Below are positions 1 to 14,800 of a stretch of 64,000 nucleotides of DNA, in pieces. Source of the stretch: Balanoglossus misakiensis (lineage: Eukaryota; Animalia; Hemichordata); assembly GCA_040954595.2 (NCBI GenBank), contig CM082592.2, forward strand, positions 5,114,506 to 5,178,505, in the 5' to 3' direction. A program made the position numbers and the translations under genes. The first letter of the stretch is position 1; the number at the start of each line of letters is the position of its first letter. Below the pieces are notes generated by a model, which had not been told where the DNA came from, searched no databases, and worked only from the letters and a program-made list of their open reading frames with translations.

Positions 1-3000
1 CTTTCCGAAATATCAAAAATTCTTCATATTTTGACAAAAATCATGGGTTATAGCCCATGAAAATCACCCAAAATGACAATTTTTCGACTTTCCGAAATAT
101 CAAAAATTCTTCATATTTTGACAAAAATCATGGGTTATAGCCCATGAAAATCATCCAAAAATGACAATTTTTCGACTTTCCGAAATATCAAAAATTCTTC
201 ATATTTTGACAAAAATCATGGGTTATAGCCCATGAAAATCATCCAAAAATGACAATTTTTCGACTTTCCGAAATATCAAAAATTCTTCATATTTTGACAA
301 AAATCATGGGTTATAGCCCATGAAAATCATCCAAAAATGACAATTTTTCGACTTTCCGAAATATCAAAAATTCTTCATATTTTGACAAAAGTCATGGGTT
401 ATAGCCCATGAAAATCATCCAAAAATGACAATTTTTCGACTTTCCGAAATATCAATAATTCTTCATATTTTGACAAAAATCATGGGTTATAGCCCATGAA
501 AATCATCCAAAAATGACAATTTTTCGACTTTCCGAAATATCAAAAATTCTTCATATTTTGACAAAAATCATGGGTTATAGCCCATGAAAATCATCCAAAA
601 ATGACAATTTTTCGACTTTCCGAAATATCAAAAATTCTTCATATTTTGACAAAAATCATGGGTTATAGCCCATGAAAATCATCCAAAAATGACAATTTTT
701 CGACTTTCCGAAATATCAAAAATTCTTCATATTTTGACAAAAGTCATGGGTTATAGCCCATGAAAATCATCCAAAAATGACAATTTTTCGACTTTCCGAA
801 ATATCAATAATTCTTCATATTTTGACAAAAATCATGGGTTATAGCCCATGAAAATCATCCAAAAATGACAATTTTTCGACTTTCCGAAATATCAAAAATT
901 CTTCATATTTTGACAAAAATCATGGGTTATAGCCCATGAAAATCATCCAAAAATGACAATTTTTCGACTTTCCGAAATATCAAAAATTCTTCATATTTTG
1001 ACAAAAGTCATGGGTTATAGCCCATGAAAATCATCCAAAAATGACAATTTTTCGACTTTCCGAAATATCAATAATTCTTCATATTTTGACAAAAATCATG
1101 GGTTATAGCCCATGAAAATCATCCAAAAATGACAATTTTTCGACTTTCCGAAATATCAAAAATTCTTCATATTTTGACAAAAGTCATGGGTTATAGCCCA
1201 TGAAAATCATCCAAAAATGACAATTTTTCGACTTTCCGAAATATCAAAAATTCTTCATATTTTGACAAAAGTCATGGGTTATAGCCCATGAAAATCATAA
1301 AAAAATGACAATTTTTCGACTTTCCGAAATATCAAAAATTCTTCATATTTTGACAAAAATCATGGGTTATAGCCCATGAAAATCATCCAAAAATGACAAT
1401 TTTTCGACTTTCCGAAATATCAAAAATTCTTCATATTTTGACAAAAATCATGGGTTATAGCCCATGAAAATCATCCAAAAATGACAATTTTTCGACTTTC
1501 CGAAATATCAAAAATTCTTCATATTTTGACAAAAATCATGGGTTATAGCCCATGAAAATCATCCAAAAATGACAATTTTTCGACTTTCCGAAATATCAAT
1601 AATTCTTCATATTTTGACAAAAATCATGGGTTATAGCCCATGAAAATCATCCAAAAATGACAATTTTTCGACTTTCCGAAATATCAATAATTCTTCATAT
1701 TTTGACAAAAATCATGGGTTATAGCCCATGAAAATCATCCAAAAATGACAATTTTTCGACTTTCCGAAATATCAAAAATTCTTCATATTTTGACAAAAAT
1801 CATGGGTTATAGCCCATGAAAATCATCCAAAAACGACAATTTTTCGACTTTCCGAAATATCAAAAATTCTTCATATTTTGACAAAAATCATGGGTTATAG
1901 CCCATGAAAATCACCCAAAATGACAATTTTTCGACTTTCCGAAATATCAAAAATTCGTCATATTTTGACAAAAATCATGGGTTATAGCCCATGAAAATCA
2001 TCCAAAAATGACAATTTTTCGACTTTCCGAAATATCAAAAATTCTTCATATTTTGACAAAAATCATGGGTTATAGCCCATGAAAATCATCCAAAAATGAC
2101 AATTTTTCGACTTTCCGAAATATCAAAAATTCTTCATATTTTGACAAAAATCATGGGTTATAGCCCATGAAAATCATCCAAAAATGACAATTTTTCGACT
2201 TTCCGAAATATCAAAAATTCTTCATATTTTGACAAAAGTCATGGGTTATAGCCCATGAAAATCATCCAAAAATGACAATTTTTCGACTTTCCGAAATATC
2301 AATAATTCTTCATATTTTGACAAAAATCATGGGTTATAGCCCATGAAAATCATCCAAAAATGACAATTTTTCGACTTTCCGAAATATCAAAAATTCTTCA
2401 TATTTTGACAAAAATCATGGGTTATAGCCCATGAAAATCATCCAAAAATGACAATTTTTCGACTTTCCGAAATATCAAAAATTCTTCATATTTTGACAAA
2501 AATCATGGGTTATAGCCCATGAAAATCATCCAAAAATGACAATTTTTCGACTTTCCGAAATATCAAAAATTCTTCATATTTTGACAAAAGTCATGGGTTA
2601 TAGCCCATGAAAATCATCCAAAAATGACAATTTTTCGACTTTCCGAAATATCAATAATTCTTCATATTTTGACAAAAATCATGGGTTATAGCCCATGAAA
2701 ATCATCCAAAAATGACAATTTTTCGACTTTCCGAAATATCAAAAATTCTTCATATTTTGACAAAAATCATGGGTTATAGCCCATGAAAATCATCCAAAAA
2801 TGACAATTTTTCGACTTTCCGAAATATCAAAAATTCTTCATATTTTGACAAAAGTCATGGGTTATAGCCCATGAAAATCATCCAAAAATGACAATTTTTC
2901 GACTTTCCGAAATATCAATAATTCTTCATATTTTGACAAAAATCATGGGTTATAGCCCATGAAAATCATCCAAAAATGACAATTTTTCGACTTTCCGAAA

Positions 3001-6000
3001 TATCAAAAATTCTTCATATTTTGACAAAAGTCATGGGTTATAGCCCATGAAAATCATCCAAAAATGACAATTTTTCGACTTTCCGAAATATCAAAAATTC
3101 TTCATATTTTGACAAAAGTCATGGGTTATAGCCCATGAAAATCATAAAAAAATGACAATTTTTCGACTTTCCGAAATATCAAAAATTCTTCATATTTTGA
3201 CAAAAATCATGGGTTATAGCCCATGAAAATCATCCAAAAATGACGATTTTTCGACTTTCCGAAATATCAAAAATTCTTCATATTTTGACAAAAATCATGG
3301 GTTATAGCCCATGAAAATCACCCAAAAATGACGATTTTTCGACTTTCCGAAATATCAGAAATTCTTCATATTTTGACAAAAATCATGGGTTATAGCCCAT
3401 GAAAATCACCCAAAAATGACGATTTTTCGACTTTCCGAAATATCAGAAATTCTTCATATTTTGACAAAAATCATGGGTTATAGCCCATGAAAATCACCCA
3501 AAAATGACGATTTTTCGACTTTCCGAAATATCAGAAATTCTTCATATTTTGACAAAAATCATGGGTTATAGCCCATGAAAATCATCCAAAAACGACAATT
3601 TTTCGACTTTCCGAAATATCAGAAATTCTTCATATTTTGACAAAAATCATGGGTTATAGCCCATGAAAATCACCCAAAATGACAATTTTTCGACTTTCCG
3701 AAATATCAGAAATTCTTCATATTTTGACAAAAATCATGGGTTATAGCCCATGAAAATCACCCAAAATGACAATTTTTCGACTTTCCGAAATATCAAAAAT
3801 TCTTCATATTTTGACAAAAATCATGGGTTATAGCCCATGAAAATCATCCAAAAATGACAATTTTTCGACTTTCCGAAATATCAAAAAATCTTCATATTTT
3901 GACAAAAATCATGGGTTATAGCCCATGAAAATCATCCAAAAATGACAATTTTTTGACTTTCCGAAATATCAAAAATTCTTCATATTTTGACAAAAATCAT
4001 GGGTTATAGCCCATGAAAATCATCCAAAAATGACAATTTTTCGACTTTCCGAAATATCAAAAATTCTTCATATTTTGACAAAAGTCATGGGTTATAGCCC
4101 ATGAAAATCATCCAAAAATGACAATTTTTCGACTTTCCGAAATATCAATAATTCTTCATATTTTGACAAAAATCATGGGTTATAGCCCATGAAAATCATC
4201 CAAAAATGACAATTTTTCGACTTTCCGAAATATCAAAAATTCTTCATATTTTGACAAAAATCATGGGTTATAGCCCATGAAAATCATCCAAAAATGACAA
4301 TTTTTCGACTTTCCGAAATATCAAAAATTCTTCATATTTTGACAAAAGTCATGGGTTATAGCCCATGAAAATCATCCAAAAATGACAATTTTTCGACTTT
4401 CCGAAATATCAATAATTCTTCATATTTTGACAAAAATCATGGGTTATAGCCCATGAAAATCATCCAAAAATGACAATTTTTTGACTTTCCGAAATATCAA
4501 AAATTCTTCATATTTTGACAAAAATCATGGGTTATAGCCCATGAAAATCATCCAAAAATGACAATTTTTCGACTTTCCGAAATATCAAAAATTCTTCATA
4601 TTTTGACAAAAGTCATGGGTTATAGCCCATGAAAATCATCCAAAAATGACAATTTTTCGACTTTCCGAAATATCAATAATTCTTCATATTTTGACAAAAA
4701 TCATGGGTTATAGCCCATGAAAATCATCCAAAAATGACAATTTTTCGACTTTCCGAAATATCAAAAATTCTTCATATTTTGACAAAAATCATGGGTTATA
4801 GCCCATGAAAATCATCCAAAAATGACAATTTTTCGACTTTCCGAAATATCAAAAATTCTTCATATTTTGACAAAAGTCATGGGTTATAGCCCATGAAAAT
4901 CATCCAAAAATGACAATTTTTCGACTTTCCGAAATATCAATAATTCTTCATATTTTGACAAAAATCATGGGTTATAGCCCATGAAAATCATCCAAAAATG
5001 ACAATTTTTCGACTTTCCGAAATATCAAAAATTCTTCATATTTTGACAAAAGTCATGGGTTATAGCCCATGAAAATCATCCAAAAATGACAATTTTTCGA
5101 CTTTCCGAAATATCAAAAATTCTTCATATGTTGACAAAAGTCATGGGTTATAGCCCATGAAAATCATAAAAAAATGACAATTTTTCGACTTTCCGAAATA
5201 TCAAAAATTCTTCATATTTTGACAAAAATCATGGGTTATAGCCCATGAAAATCATCCAAAAATGACGATTTTTCGACTTTCCGAAATATCAAAAATTCTT
5301 CATATTTTGACAAAAATCATGGGTTATAGCCCATGAAAATCACCCAAAAATGACGATTTTTCGACTTTCCGAAATATCAGAAATTCTTCATATTTTGACA
5401 AAAATCATGGGTTAATATAGCCCATGAAAATCACCCAAAAATGACGATTTTTCGACTTTCCGAAATATCAGAAATTCTTCATATTTTGACAAAAATCATG
5501 GGTTATAGCCCATGAAAATCACCCAAAATGACAATTTTTCGACTTTCCGAAATATCAAAAATTCTTCATATTTTGACAAAAATCATGGGTTATAGCCCAT
5601 GAAAATCATCCAAAAATGACAATTTTTTGACTTTCCGAAATATCAAAAATTCTTCATATTTTGACAAAAATCATGGGTTATAGCCCATGAAAATCATCCA
5701 AAAATGACAATTTTTCGACTTTCCGAAATATCAAAAATTCTTCATATTTTGACAAAAGTCATGGGTTATAGCCCATGAAAATCATCCAAAAATTACAATT
5801 TTTCGACTTTCCGAAATATCAAAAATTCTTCATATTTTGACAAAAGTCATGGGTTATAGCCCATGAAAATCATCCAAAAATGACAATTTTTCGACTTTCC
5901 GAAATATCAAAAATTCTTCATATTTTGACAAAAATCATGGGTTATAGCCCATGAAAATCATCCAAAAATGACAATTTTTCGACTTTCCGAAATATCAAAA

Positions 6001-8802
6001 ATTCTTCATATTTTGACAAAAATCATGGGTTATAGCCCATGAAAATCATCCAAAAATGACGATTTTTCGACTTTCCGAAATATCAAAAATTCTTCATATT
6101 TTGACAAAAATCATGGGTTATAGCCCATGAAAATCATCCAAAAACGACAATTTTTCGACTTTCCGAAATATCAAAAATTCTTCATATTTTGACAAAAATC
6201 ATGGGTTATAGCCCATGAAAATCACCCAAAATGACAATTTTTCGACTTTCCGAAATATCAAAAATTCTTCATATTTTGACAAAAATCATGGGTTATAGCC
6301 CATGAAAATCATCCAAAAATGACAATTTTTCGACTTTCCGAAATATCAAAAATTCTTCATATTTTGACAAAAATCATGGGTTATAGCCCATGAAAATCAT
6401 CCAAAAATGACAATTTTTCGACTTTCCGAAATATCAAAAATTCTTCATATTTTGACAAAAATCATGGGTTATAGCCCATGAAAATCATCCAAAAATGACG
6501 ATTTTTCGACTTTCCGAAATATCAAAAATTCTTCATATTTTGACAAAAATCATGGGTTATAGCCCATGAAAATCATCCAAAAATGACAATTTTTCGACTT
6601 TCCGAAATATCAAAAATTCTTCATATTTTGACAAAAATCATGGGTTATAGCCCATGAAAATCATAAAAAAATGACAATTTTTCGACTTTCCGAAATATCA
6701 AAAATTCTTCATATTTTGACAAAAATCATGGGTTATAGCCCATGAAAATCATCCAAAAATGACGATTTTTCGACTTTCCGAAATATCAAAAATTCTTCAT
6801 ATTTTGACAAAAATCATGGGTTATAGCCCATGAAAATCACCCAAAAATGACGATTTTTCGCTTTCCGAAATATCAGAAATTCTTCATATTTTGACAAAAA
6901 TCATGGGTTATAGCCCATGAAAATCATCCAAGAACGACAAGTTTTCGACTTTCCGAAATATCAAAAATTCTTCATATTTTGACAAAAATCATGGGTTATA
7001 GCCCATGAAAATCACCCAAAATGACAATTTTTCGACTTTCCGAAATATCAAAAATTCTTCATATTTTGACAAAAATCATGGGTTATAGCCCATGAAAATC
7101 ATCCAAAAATGACAATTTTTCGACTTTCCGAAATATCAAAAATTCTTCATATTTTGACAAAAATCATGGGTTATAGCCCATGAAAATCATCCAAAAATGA
7201 CAATTTTTCGACTTTCCGAAATATCAAAAATTCTTCATATTTTGACAAAAGTCATGGGTTATAGCCCATGAAAATCATCCAAAAATGACAATTTTTCGAC
7301 TTTCCGAAATATCAAAAATTCTTCATATTTTGACAAAAGTCATGGGTTATAGCCCATGAAAATCATCCAAAAATGACAATTTTTCGACTTTCCGAAATAT
7401 CAAAAATTCTTCATATTTTGACAAAAGTCATGGGTTATAGCCCATGAAAATCATCCAAAAATGACAATTTTTCGACTTTCCGAAATATCAAAAATTCTTC
7501 ATATTTTGACAAAAGTCATGGGTTATAGCCCATGAAAATCATCCAAAAATGACAATTTTTCGACTTTCCGAAATATCAAAAATTCTTCATATTTTGACAA
7601 AAAACATGGGTTATAGCCCATGAAAATCATCCAAAAATGACAATTTTTCGACTTTCCGAAATATCAAAAATTCTTCATATTTTGACAAAAATCATGGGTT
7701 ATAGCCCATGAAAATCATCCAAAAATGACAATTTTTCGACTTTCCGAAATATCAAAAATTCTTTATATTTTGACAAAAATCATGGGTTATAGCCCATGAA
7801 AATCATCCAAAAATGACAATTTTTCGACTTTCCGAAATATCAATAATTCTTCATATTTTGACAAAAATCATGGGTTATAGCCCATGAAAATCATCCAAAA
7901 ATGACAATTTTTCGACTTTCCGAAATATCAAAAATTCTTCATATTTTGACAAAAATCATGGGTTATAGCCCATGAAAATCATCCAAAAATGACAATTTTT
8001 CGACTTTCCGAAATATCAAAAATTCTTCATATTTTGACAAAAATCATGGGTTATAGCCCATGAAAATCACCCAAAAATGACAATTTTTCGACTTTCCGAA
8101 ATATCAAAAATTCTTCATATTTTGACAAAAATCATGGGTTATAGCCCATGAAAATCATCCAAAAATGAAAATTTTTCGACTTTCCGAAATATCAAAAATT
8201 CTTCATATTTTGACAAAAATCATGGGTTATAGCCCATGAAAATCATCCAAAAATGACGATTTTTCGACTTTCCGAAATATCAAAAATTCTTCATATTTTG
8301 ACAAAAATCATGGGTTATAGCCCATGAAAATCATCGAAAAATGACAATTTTTCGACTTTCCGAATTATCAAAAATTCTTCATATTTTGACAAAAATCATG
8401 GGTTATAGCCCATGAAAATCATCCAAAAATGACAATTTTTCGACTTTCCGAAATATCAAAAATTCATCATATTTTGACAAAAATCATGGGTTATAGCCCA
8501 TGAAAATCATCCAAAAATGACGATTTTTCGACTTTCCGAAATATCAAAAATTCTTCTCCAAAAATGACAATTTTTCGACTTTCCGAAATATCAAAAATTC
8601 TTCATATTTTGACAAAAATCATGGGTTATAGCCCATGAAAATCATCCAAAAATGACAATTTTTGGACTTTCCGAAATATCAAAAATTCTTCATATTTTGA
8701 CAAAAATCATGGGTTGTAGCCCATGAAAATCATCAAAAAATGACAATTTTTCGACTTTCCGAAATATCAAAAATTCTTCATATTTTGACAAAAATCATGG
8801 GT
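1..8802 (+). repeat. 88-bp satellite tandem array, forward arm (~100 monomers; runs off the window start)
   Basis: Consensus ctttccgaaatatcaaaaattcttcatattttgacaaaaatcatgggttatagcccatgaaaatcatccaaaaatgacaatttttcga (88 nt) repeats with only sparse point variants; occasional 87-nt units and one internally deleted unit near 8556. Confidence 0.99.
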
Positions 8803-11800
8803 CAAAGTATGAAGAATTTTTGATATTTCGGAAAGTCGAAAAATTGTCATTTTTGGATGATTTTCATGGGCTATAACCCATGATTTTTGTCAAAATATGA
8901 AGAATTTTTGATATTTCGGAAAGTCAAAAAATTGTCATTTTTGGATGATTTTCATGGGCTATAACCCATGATTTTTGTCAAAATATGAAGAATTTTTGAT
9001 ATTTCGGAAAGTCGAAAAATCGTCATTTTTGGATGATTTTCATGGGCTATAACCCATGATTTTTGTCAAAATATGAAGAATTTTTGATATTTCGGAAAGT
9101 CGAAAAATCGTCATTTTTGGATGATTTTCATGGGCTATAACCCATGACTTTTGTCAAAATATGAAGAATTTTTGATATTTCGGAAAGTCGAAAAATCGTC
9201 ATTTTCGGATGATTTTCATGGGCTATAACCCATGATTTTTGTCAAAATATGAAAAATTTTTGATATTTCCGAAAGTCGAAAAATTGTCATTTTTGGATGA
9301 TTTTCATGGGCTATAACCCATGATTTTTGTCAAAATATGAAGAATTTTTGATATTTCGGAAAGTCGAAAAATCGTCATTTTTGGATGATTTTCATGGGCT
9401 ATAACCCATGATTTTTGTCAAAATATGAAGAATTTTTGATATTTCGGAAAGTCGAAAAATCGTCATTTTCGGATGATTTTCATGGGCTATAACCCATGAT
9501 TTTTGTCAAAATATGAAGAATTTTTGATATTTCGGAAAGTCGAAAAATTGTCATTTTTGGATGATTTTCATGGGCTATAACCCATGATTTTTGTCAAAAT
9601 ATGAAGAATTTTTGATATTTCGGAAAGTCGAAAAATCGTCATTTTTGGATGATTTTCATGGGCTATAACCCATGATTTTTGTCAAAATATGAAGAATTTT
9701 TGATATTTCGGAAAGTCGAAAAATCGTCATTTTTGGATGATTTTCATGGGCTATAACCCATGATTTTTGTCAAAATATGAAGAATTTTTGATATTTCGGA
9801 AAGTCGAAAAATCGTCATTTTTGTATGATTTTCATGGGCTATAACCCATGATTTTTGTCAAAATATGAAGAATTTTTGATATTTCGGAAAGTCGAAAAAT
9901 CGTCATTTTTGGATGATTTTCATGGGCTATAACCCATGATTTTTGTCAAAATATGAAGAATTTTTGATATTTCGGAAAGTCGAAAAATCGTCATTTTTGG
10001 ATGATTTTCATGGGCTATAACCCATGATTTTTGTCAAAATATGAAGAATTTTTGATATTTCGGAAAGTCGAAAAATCGTCATTTTTGGATGATTTTCATG
10101 GGCTATAACCCATGATTTTTGTCAAAATATGAAGAATTTTTGATATTTCGGAAAGTCGAAAAATCGTCATTTTTCGATGATTTTCATGGGCTATAACCCA
10201 TGATTTTTGTCAAAATATGAAGAATTTTTGATATTTCGGAAAGTCGAAAAATCGTCATTTTTCGATGATTTTCATGGGCTATAACCCATGATTTTTGTCA
10301 AAATATATGAAGAATTTTTGATATTTCGGAAAGTCGAAAAATCGTCATTTTTCGATGATTTTCATGGGCTATAACCCATGATTTTTGTCAAAATATATGA
10401 AGAATTTTTGATATTTCGGAAAGTCGAAAAATCGTCATTTTTCGATGATTTTCATGGGCTATAACCCATGATTTTTGTCAAAATATGAAGAATTTTTGAT
10501 ATTTCGGAAAGTCGAAAAATCGTCATTTTTCGATGATTTTCATGGGCTATAACCCATGATTTTTGTCAAAATATGAAGAATTTTTTTATATTTCGGAAAG
10601 TCGAAAAATTGTCATTTTTGGATGATTTTCATGGGCTATAACCCATGATTTTTGTCAAAATATGAAGAATTTTTGTTATTTCGGAAAGTCGAAAAATTGT
10701 CATTTTTGGATGATTTTCATGGGCTATAACCCATGATTTTTGTCAAAATATGAAGAATTTTTGATATTTCGGAAAGTCGAAAAATCGTCATTTTTGGATG
10801 ATTTTCATGGGCTATAACCCATGATTTTTGTCAAAATATGAAGAATTTGTGATATTTCGGAAAGTCGAAAAATCGTCATTTTTGGATGATTTTCATGGGC
10901 TATAACCCATGATTTTTGTCAAAATATGAAGAATTTTTGATATTTCGGAAAGTCCAAAAATCGTCATTTTTGGTTGATTTTCATGGGCTATAACCCATGA
11001 TTTTTGTCAAAATATGAAGAATTTTTGATATTTCGGAAAGTCGAAAAATCGTCATTTTTCGATGATTTTCATGGGCTATAACCCATGATTTTTGTCAAAA
11101 TATGAAGAATTTTTGATATTTCGGAAAGTCGAAAAATCGTCATTTTTCGATGATTTTCATGGGCTATAACCCATGATTTTTGTCAAAATATGAAGAATTT
11201 TTGATATTTCGGAAAGTCGAAAAATCGTCATTTTTCGATGATTTTCATGGGCTATAACCCATGATTTTTGTCAAAATATGAAGAATTTTTTTATATTTCG
11301 GAAAGTCGAAAAATTGTCATTTTTGGATGATTTTCATGGGCTATAACCCATGATTTTTGTCAAAATATGAAGAATTTTTGATATTTCGGAAAGTCGAAAA
11401 ATTGTCATTTTTGGATGATTTTCATGGGCTATAACCCATGATTTTTGTCAAAATATGAAGAATTTTCGATATTTCGGAAAGCCGAAAAATTGTCATTTTT
11501 GGATGATTTTCATGGGCTATAACCCATGATTTTTGTCAAAATATGAAGAATTTTTGATATTTCGGAAAGTCGAAAAATTGTCATTTTTGGATGATTTTCA
11601 TGGGCTATAACCCATGATTTTTGTCAAAATATGAAGAATTTTTGATATTTCGGAAAGTCGAAAAATTGTCATTTTTGGATGATTTTCATGGGCTATAACC
11701 CATGATTTTTGACAAAATATGAAGAATTTTTGATATTTCGGAAAGTCGAAAAATCGTCATTTTTGGATGATTTTCATGGGCTATAACCCATGATTTTTGT

Positions 11801-14800
11801 CAAAATATGAAGAATTTTTGAAATTTCGGAAAGTCGAAAATTCGTCATTTTTGGATGATTTTCATGGGCTATAACCCATGATTTTTGTCAAAATATGAAG
11901 AATTTTTGATATTTCGGAAAGTCGAAAAATCGTCATTTTTGGATGATTTTCATGGGCTATAACCCATGATTTTTGTCAAAATATGAAGAATTTTTGATAT
12001 TTCGGAAAGTCGAAAAATTGTCATTTTTTTATGATTTTCATGGGCTATAACCCATGATTTTTGTCAAAATATGAGGAATTTTTGATATTTCGGAAAGTCG
12101 AAAAATTGTCATTTTTGGATGATTTTCATGGGCTATAACCCATGATTTTTGTCAAAATATGAAGAATTTTTGATATTTCGGAAAGTCGAAAAATTGTCAT
12201 TTTTGGATGATTTTCATGGGCTATAACCCATGATTTTTGTCAAAATATGAAGAATTTTTGATATTTCGGAAAGTCGAAAAATTGTCATTTTTGGATGATT
12301 TTCATGGGCTATAACCCATGATTTTTGACAAAATATGAAGAATTTTTGATATTTCGGAAAGTCGAAAAATCGTCATTTTTGGATGATTTTCATGGGCTAT
12401 AACCCATGATTTTTGTCAAAATATGAAGAATTTTTGAAATTTCGGAAAGTCGAAAATTCGTCATTTTTGGATGATTTTCATGGGCTATAACCCATGATTT
12501 TTGTCAAAATATGAAGAATTTTTGATATTTCGGAAAGTCGAAAAATCGTCATTTTTGGATGATTTTCATGGGCTATAACCCATGATTTTTGTCAAAATAT
12601 GAAGAATTTTTGATATTTCGGAAAGTCGAAAAATTGTCATTTTTTTATGATTTTCATGGGCTATAACCCATGATTTTTGTCAAAATATGAGGAATTTTTG
12701 ATATTTCGGAAAGTCGAAAAATTGTCATTTTTGGATGATTTTCATGGGCTATAACCCATGATTTTTGTCAAAATATGAAGAATTTTTGATATTTCGGAAA
12801 GTCGAAAAATCGTCATTTTTGGATGATTTTCATGGGCTATAACCCATGATTTTTGTCAAAATATGAAGAATTTTTGATATTTCGGAAAGTCGAAAAATCG
12901 TCATTTTTGAATGATTTTCATGGGCTATAACCCATGATTTTTGTCAAAATATGAAGAATTTTTGATATTTCGGGAAGTCGAAAAATCGTCATTTTTCGAT
13001 GATTTTCATGGGCTATAACCCATGATTTTTGTCAAAATATGAAGAATTTTTGATATTTCGGAAAGTCGAAAAATCGTCATTTTTCGATGATTTTCATGGG
13101 CTATAACCCATGATTTTTGTCAAAATATGAAGAATTTTTGATATTTCGGAAAGTCGAAAAATCGTCATTTTTGGATGATTTTCATGGGCTATAACCCATG
13201 ATTTTTGTCAAAATATGAAGAATTTTTGATATTTCGGAAAGTCGAAAAATCGTCATTTTTGGATGATTTTCATGGGCTATAACCCATGATTTTTGTCAAA
13301 ATATGAAGAATTTTTGATATTTCGGAAAGTCGAAAAATCGTCATTTTTGGATGATTTTCATGGGCTATAACCCATGATTTTTGTCAAAATATGAAGAATT
13401 TTTGATATTTCGGAAAGTCGAAAAATCGTCATTTTTGGATGATTTTCATGGGCTATAACCCATGATTTTTGTCAAAATATGAAGAATTTTTGATATTTCG
13501 GAAAGTCGAAAAATTGTCATTTTTGGATGATTTTCATGGGCTATAACCCATGATTTTTGTCAAAATATGAAGAATTTTTGATATTTCGGAAAGTCGAAAA
13601 ATTGTCATTTTTGGATGATTTTCATGGGCTATAACCTATGATTTTTGTCAAAATATGAAGAATTTTTGATATTTCGGAAAGTCGAAAAATTGTCATTTTT
13701 GGATGATTTTCATGGGCTATAACCCATGATTTTTGTCAAAATATGAAGAATTTTTGATATTTCGGAAAGTCGAAAAATCGTCATTTTTGGATGATTTTCA
13801 TGGGCTAAAACCCATGATTTTTGTCAAAATATGAAGAATTTTTGATATTTCGGAAAGTCGAAAAATTGTCATTTTTTTATGATTTTCATGGGCTATAACC
13901 CATGATTTTTGTCAAAATATGAGGAATTTTTGATATTTCGGAAAGTCGAAAAATCGTCATTTTTGGATGATTTTCATGGGCTATAACCCATGATTTTTGT
14001 CAAAATATGAAGAATTTTTGATATTTCGGAAAGTCGAAAAATCGTCATTTTTGGATGATTTTCATGGGCTATAACCCATGATTTTTGTCAAAATATGAAG
14101 AATTTTTGATATTTCGGAAAGTCGAAAAATCGTCATTTTTGGATGATTTTCATGGGCTATAACCCATGATTTTTGTCAAAATATGAAGAATTTTTGATAT
14201 TTCGGAAAGTCGAAAAATCGTCATTTTTCGATGATTTTCATGGGCTATAATCCATGATTTTTGTCAAAATATGAAGAATTTTTGATATTTCGGAAAGTCG
14301 AAAAATCGTCATTTTTCGATGATTTTCATGGGCTATAACCCATGATTTTTGTCAAAATATGAAGAATTTTTGATATTTCGGAAAGTCGAAAAATCGTCAT
14401 TTTTCGATGATTTTCATGGGCTATAACCCATGATTTTTGTCAAAATATGAAGAATTTTTGATATTTCGGAAAGTCGAAAAATCGTCATTTTTCGATGATT
14501 TTCATGGGCTATAACCCATGATTTTTGTCAAAATATGAAGAATTTTTGATATTTCGGAAAGTCGAAAAATCGTCATTTTTGGATGATTTTCATGGGCTAT
14601 AACCCATGATTTTTGTCAAAATATGAAGAATTTTTGATATTTCGGAAAGTCGAAAAATCGTCATTTTTGGATGATTTTCATGGGCTATAACCCATGATTT
14701 TTGTCAAAATATGAAGAATTTTTGATATTTCGGAAAGTCGAAAAATCGTCATTTTTGGATGATTTTCATGGGCTATAACCCATGATTTTTGTCAAAATAT

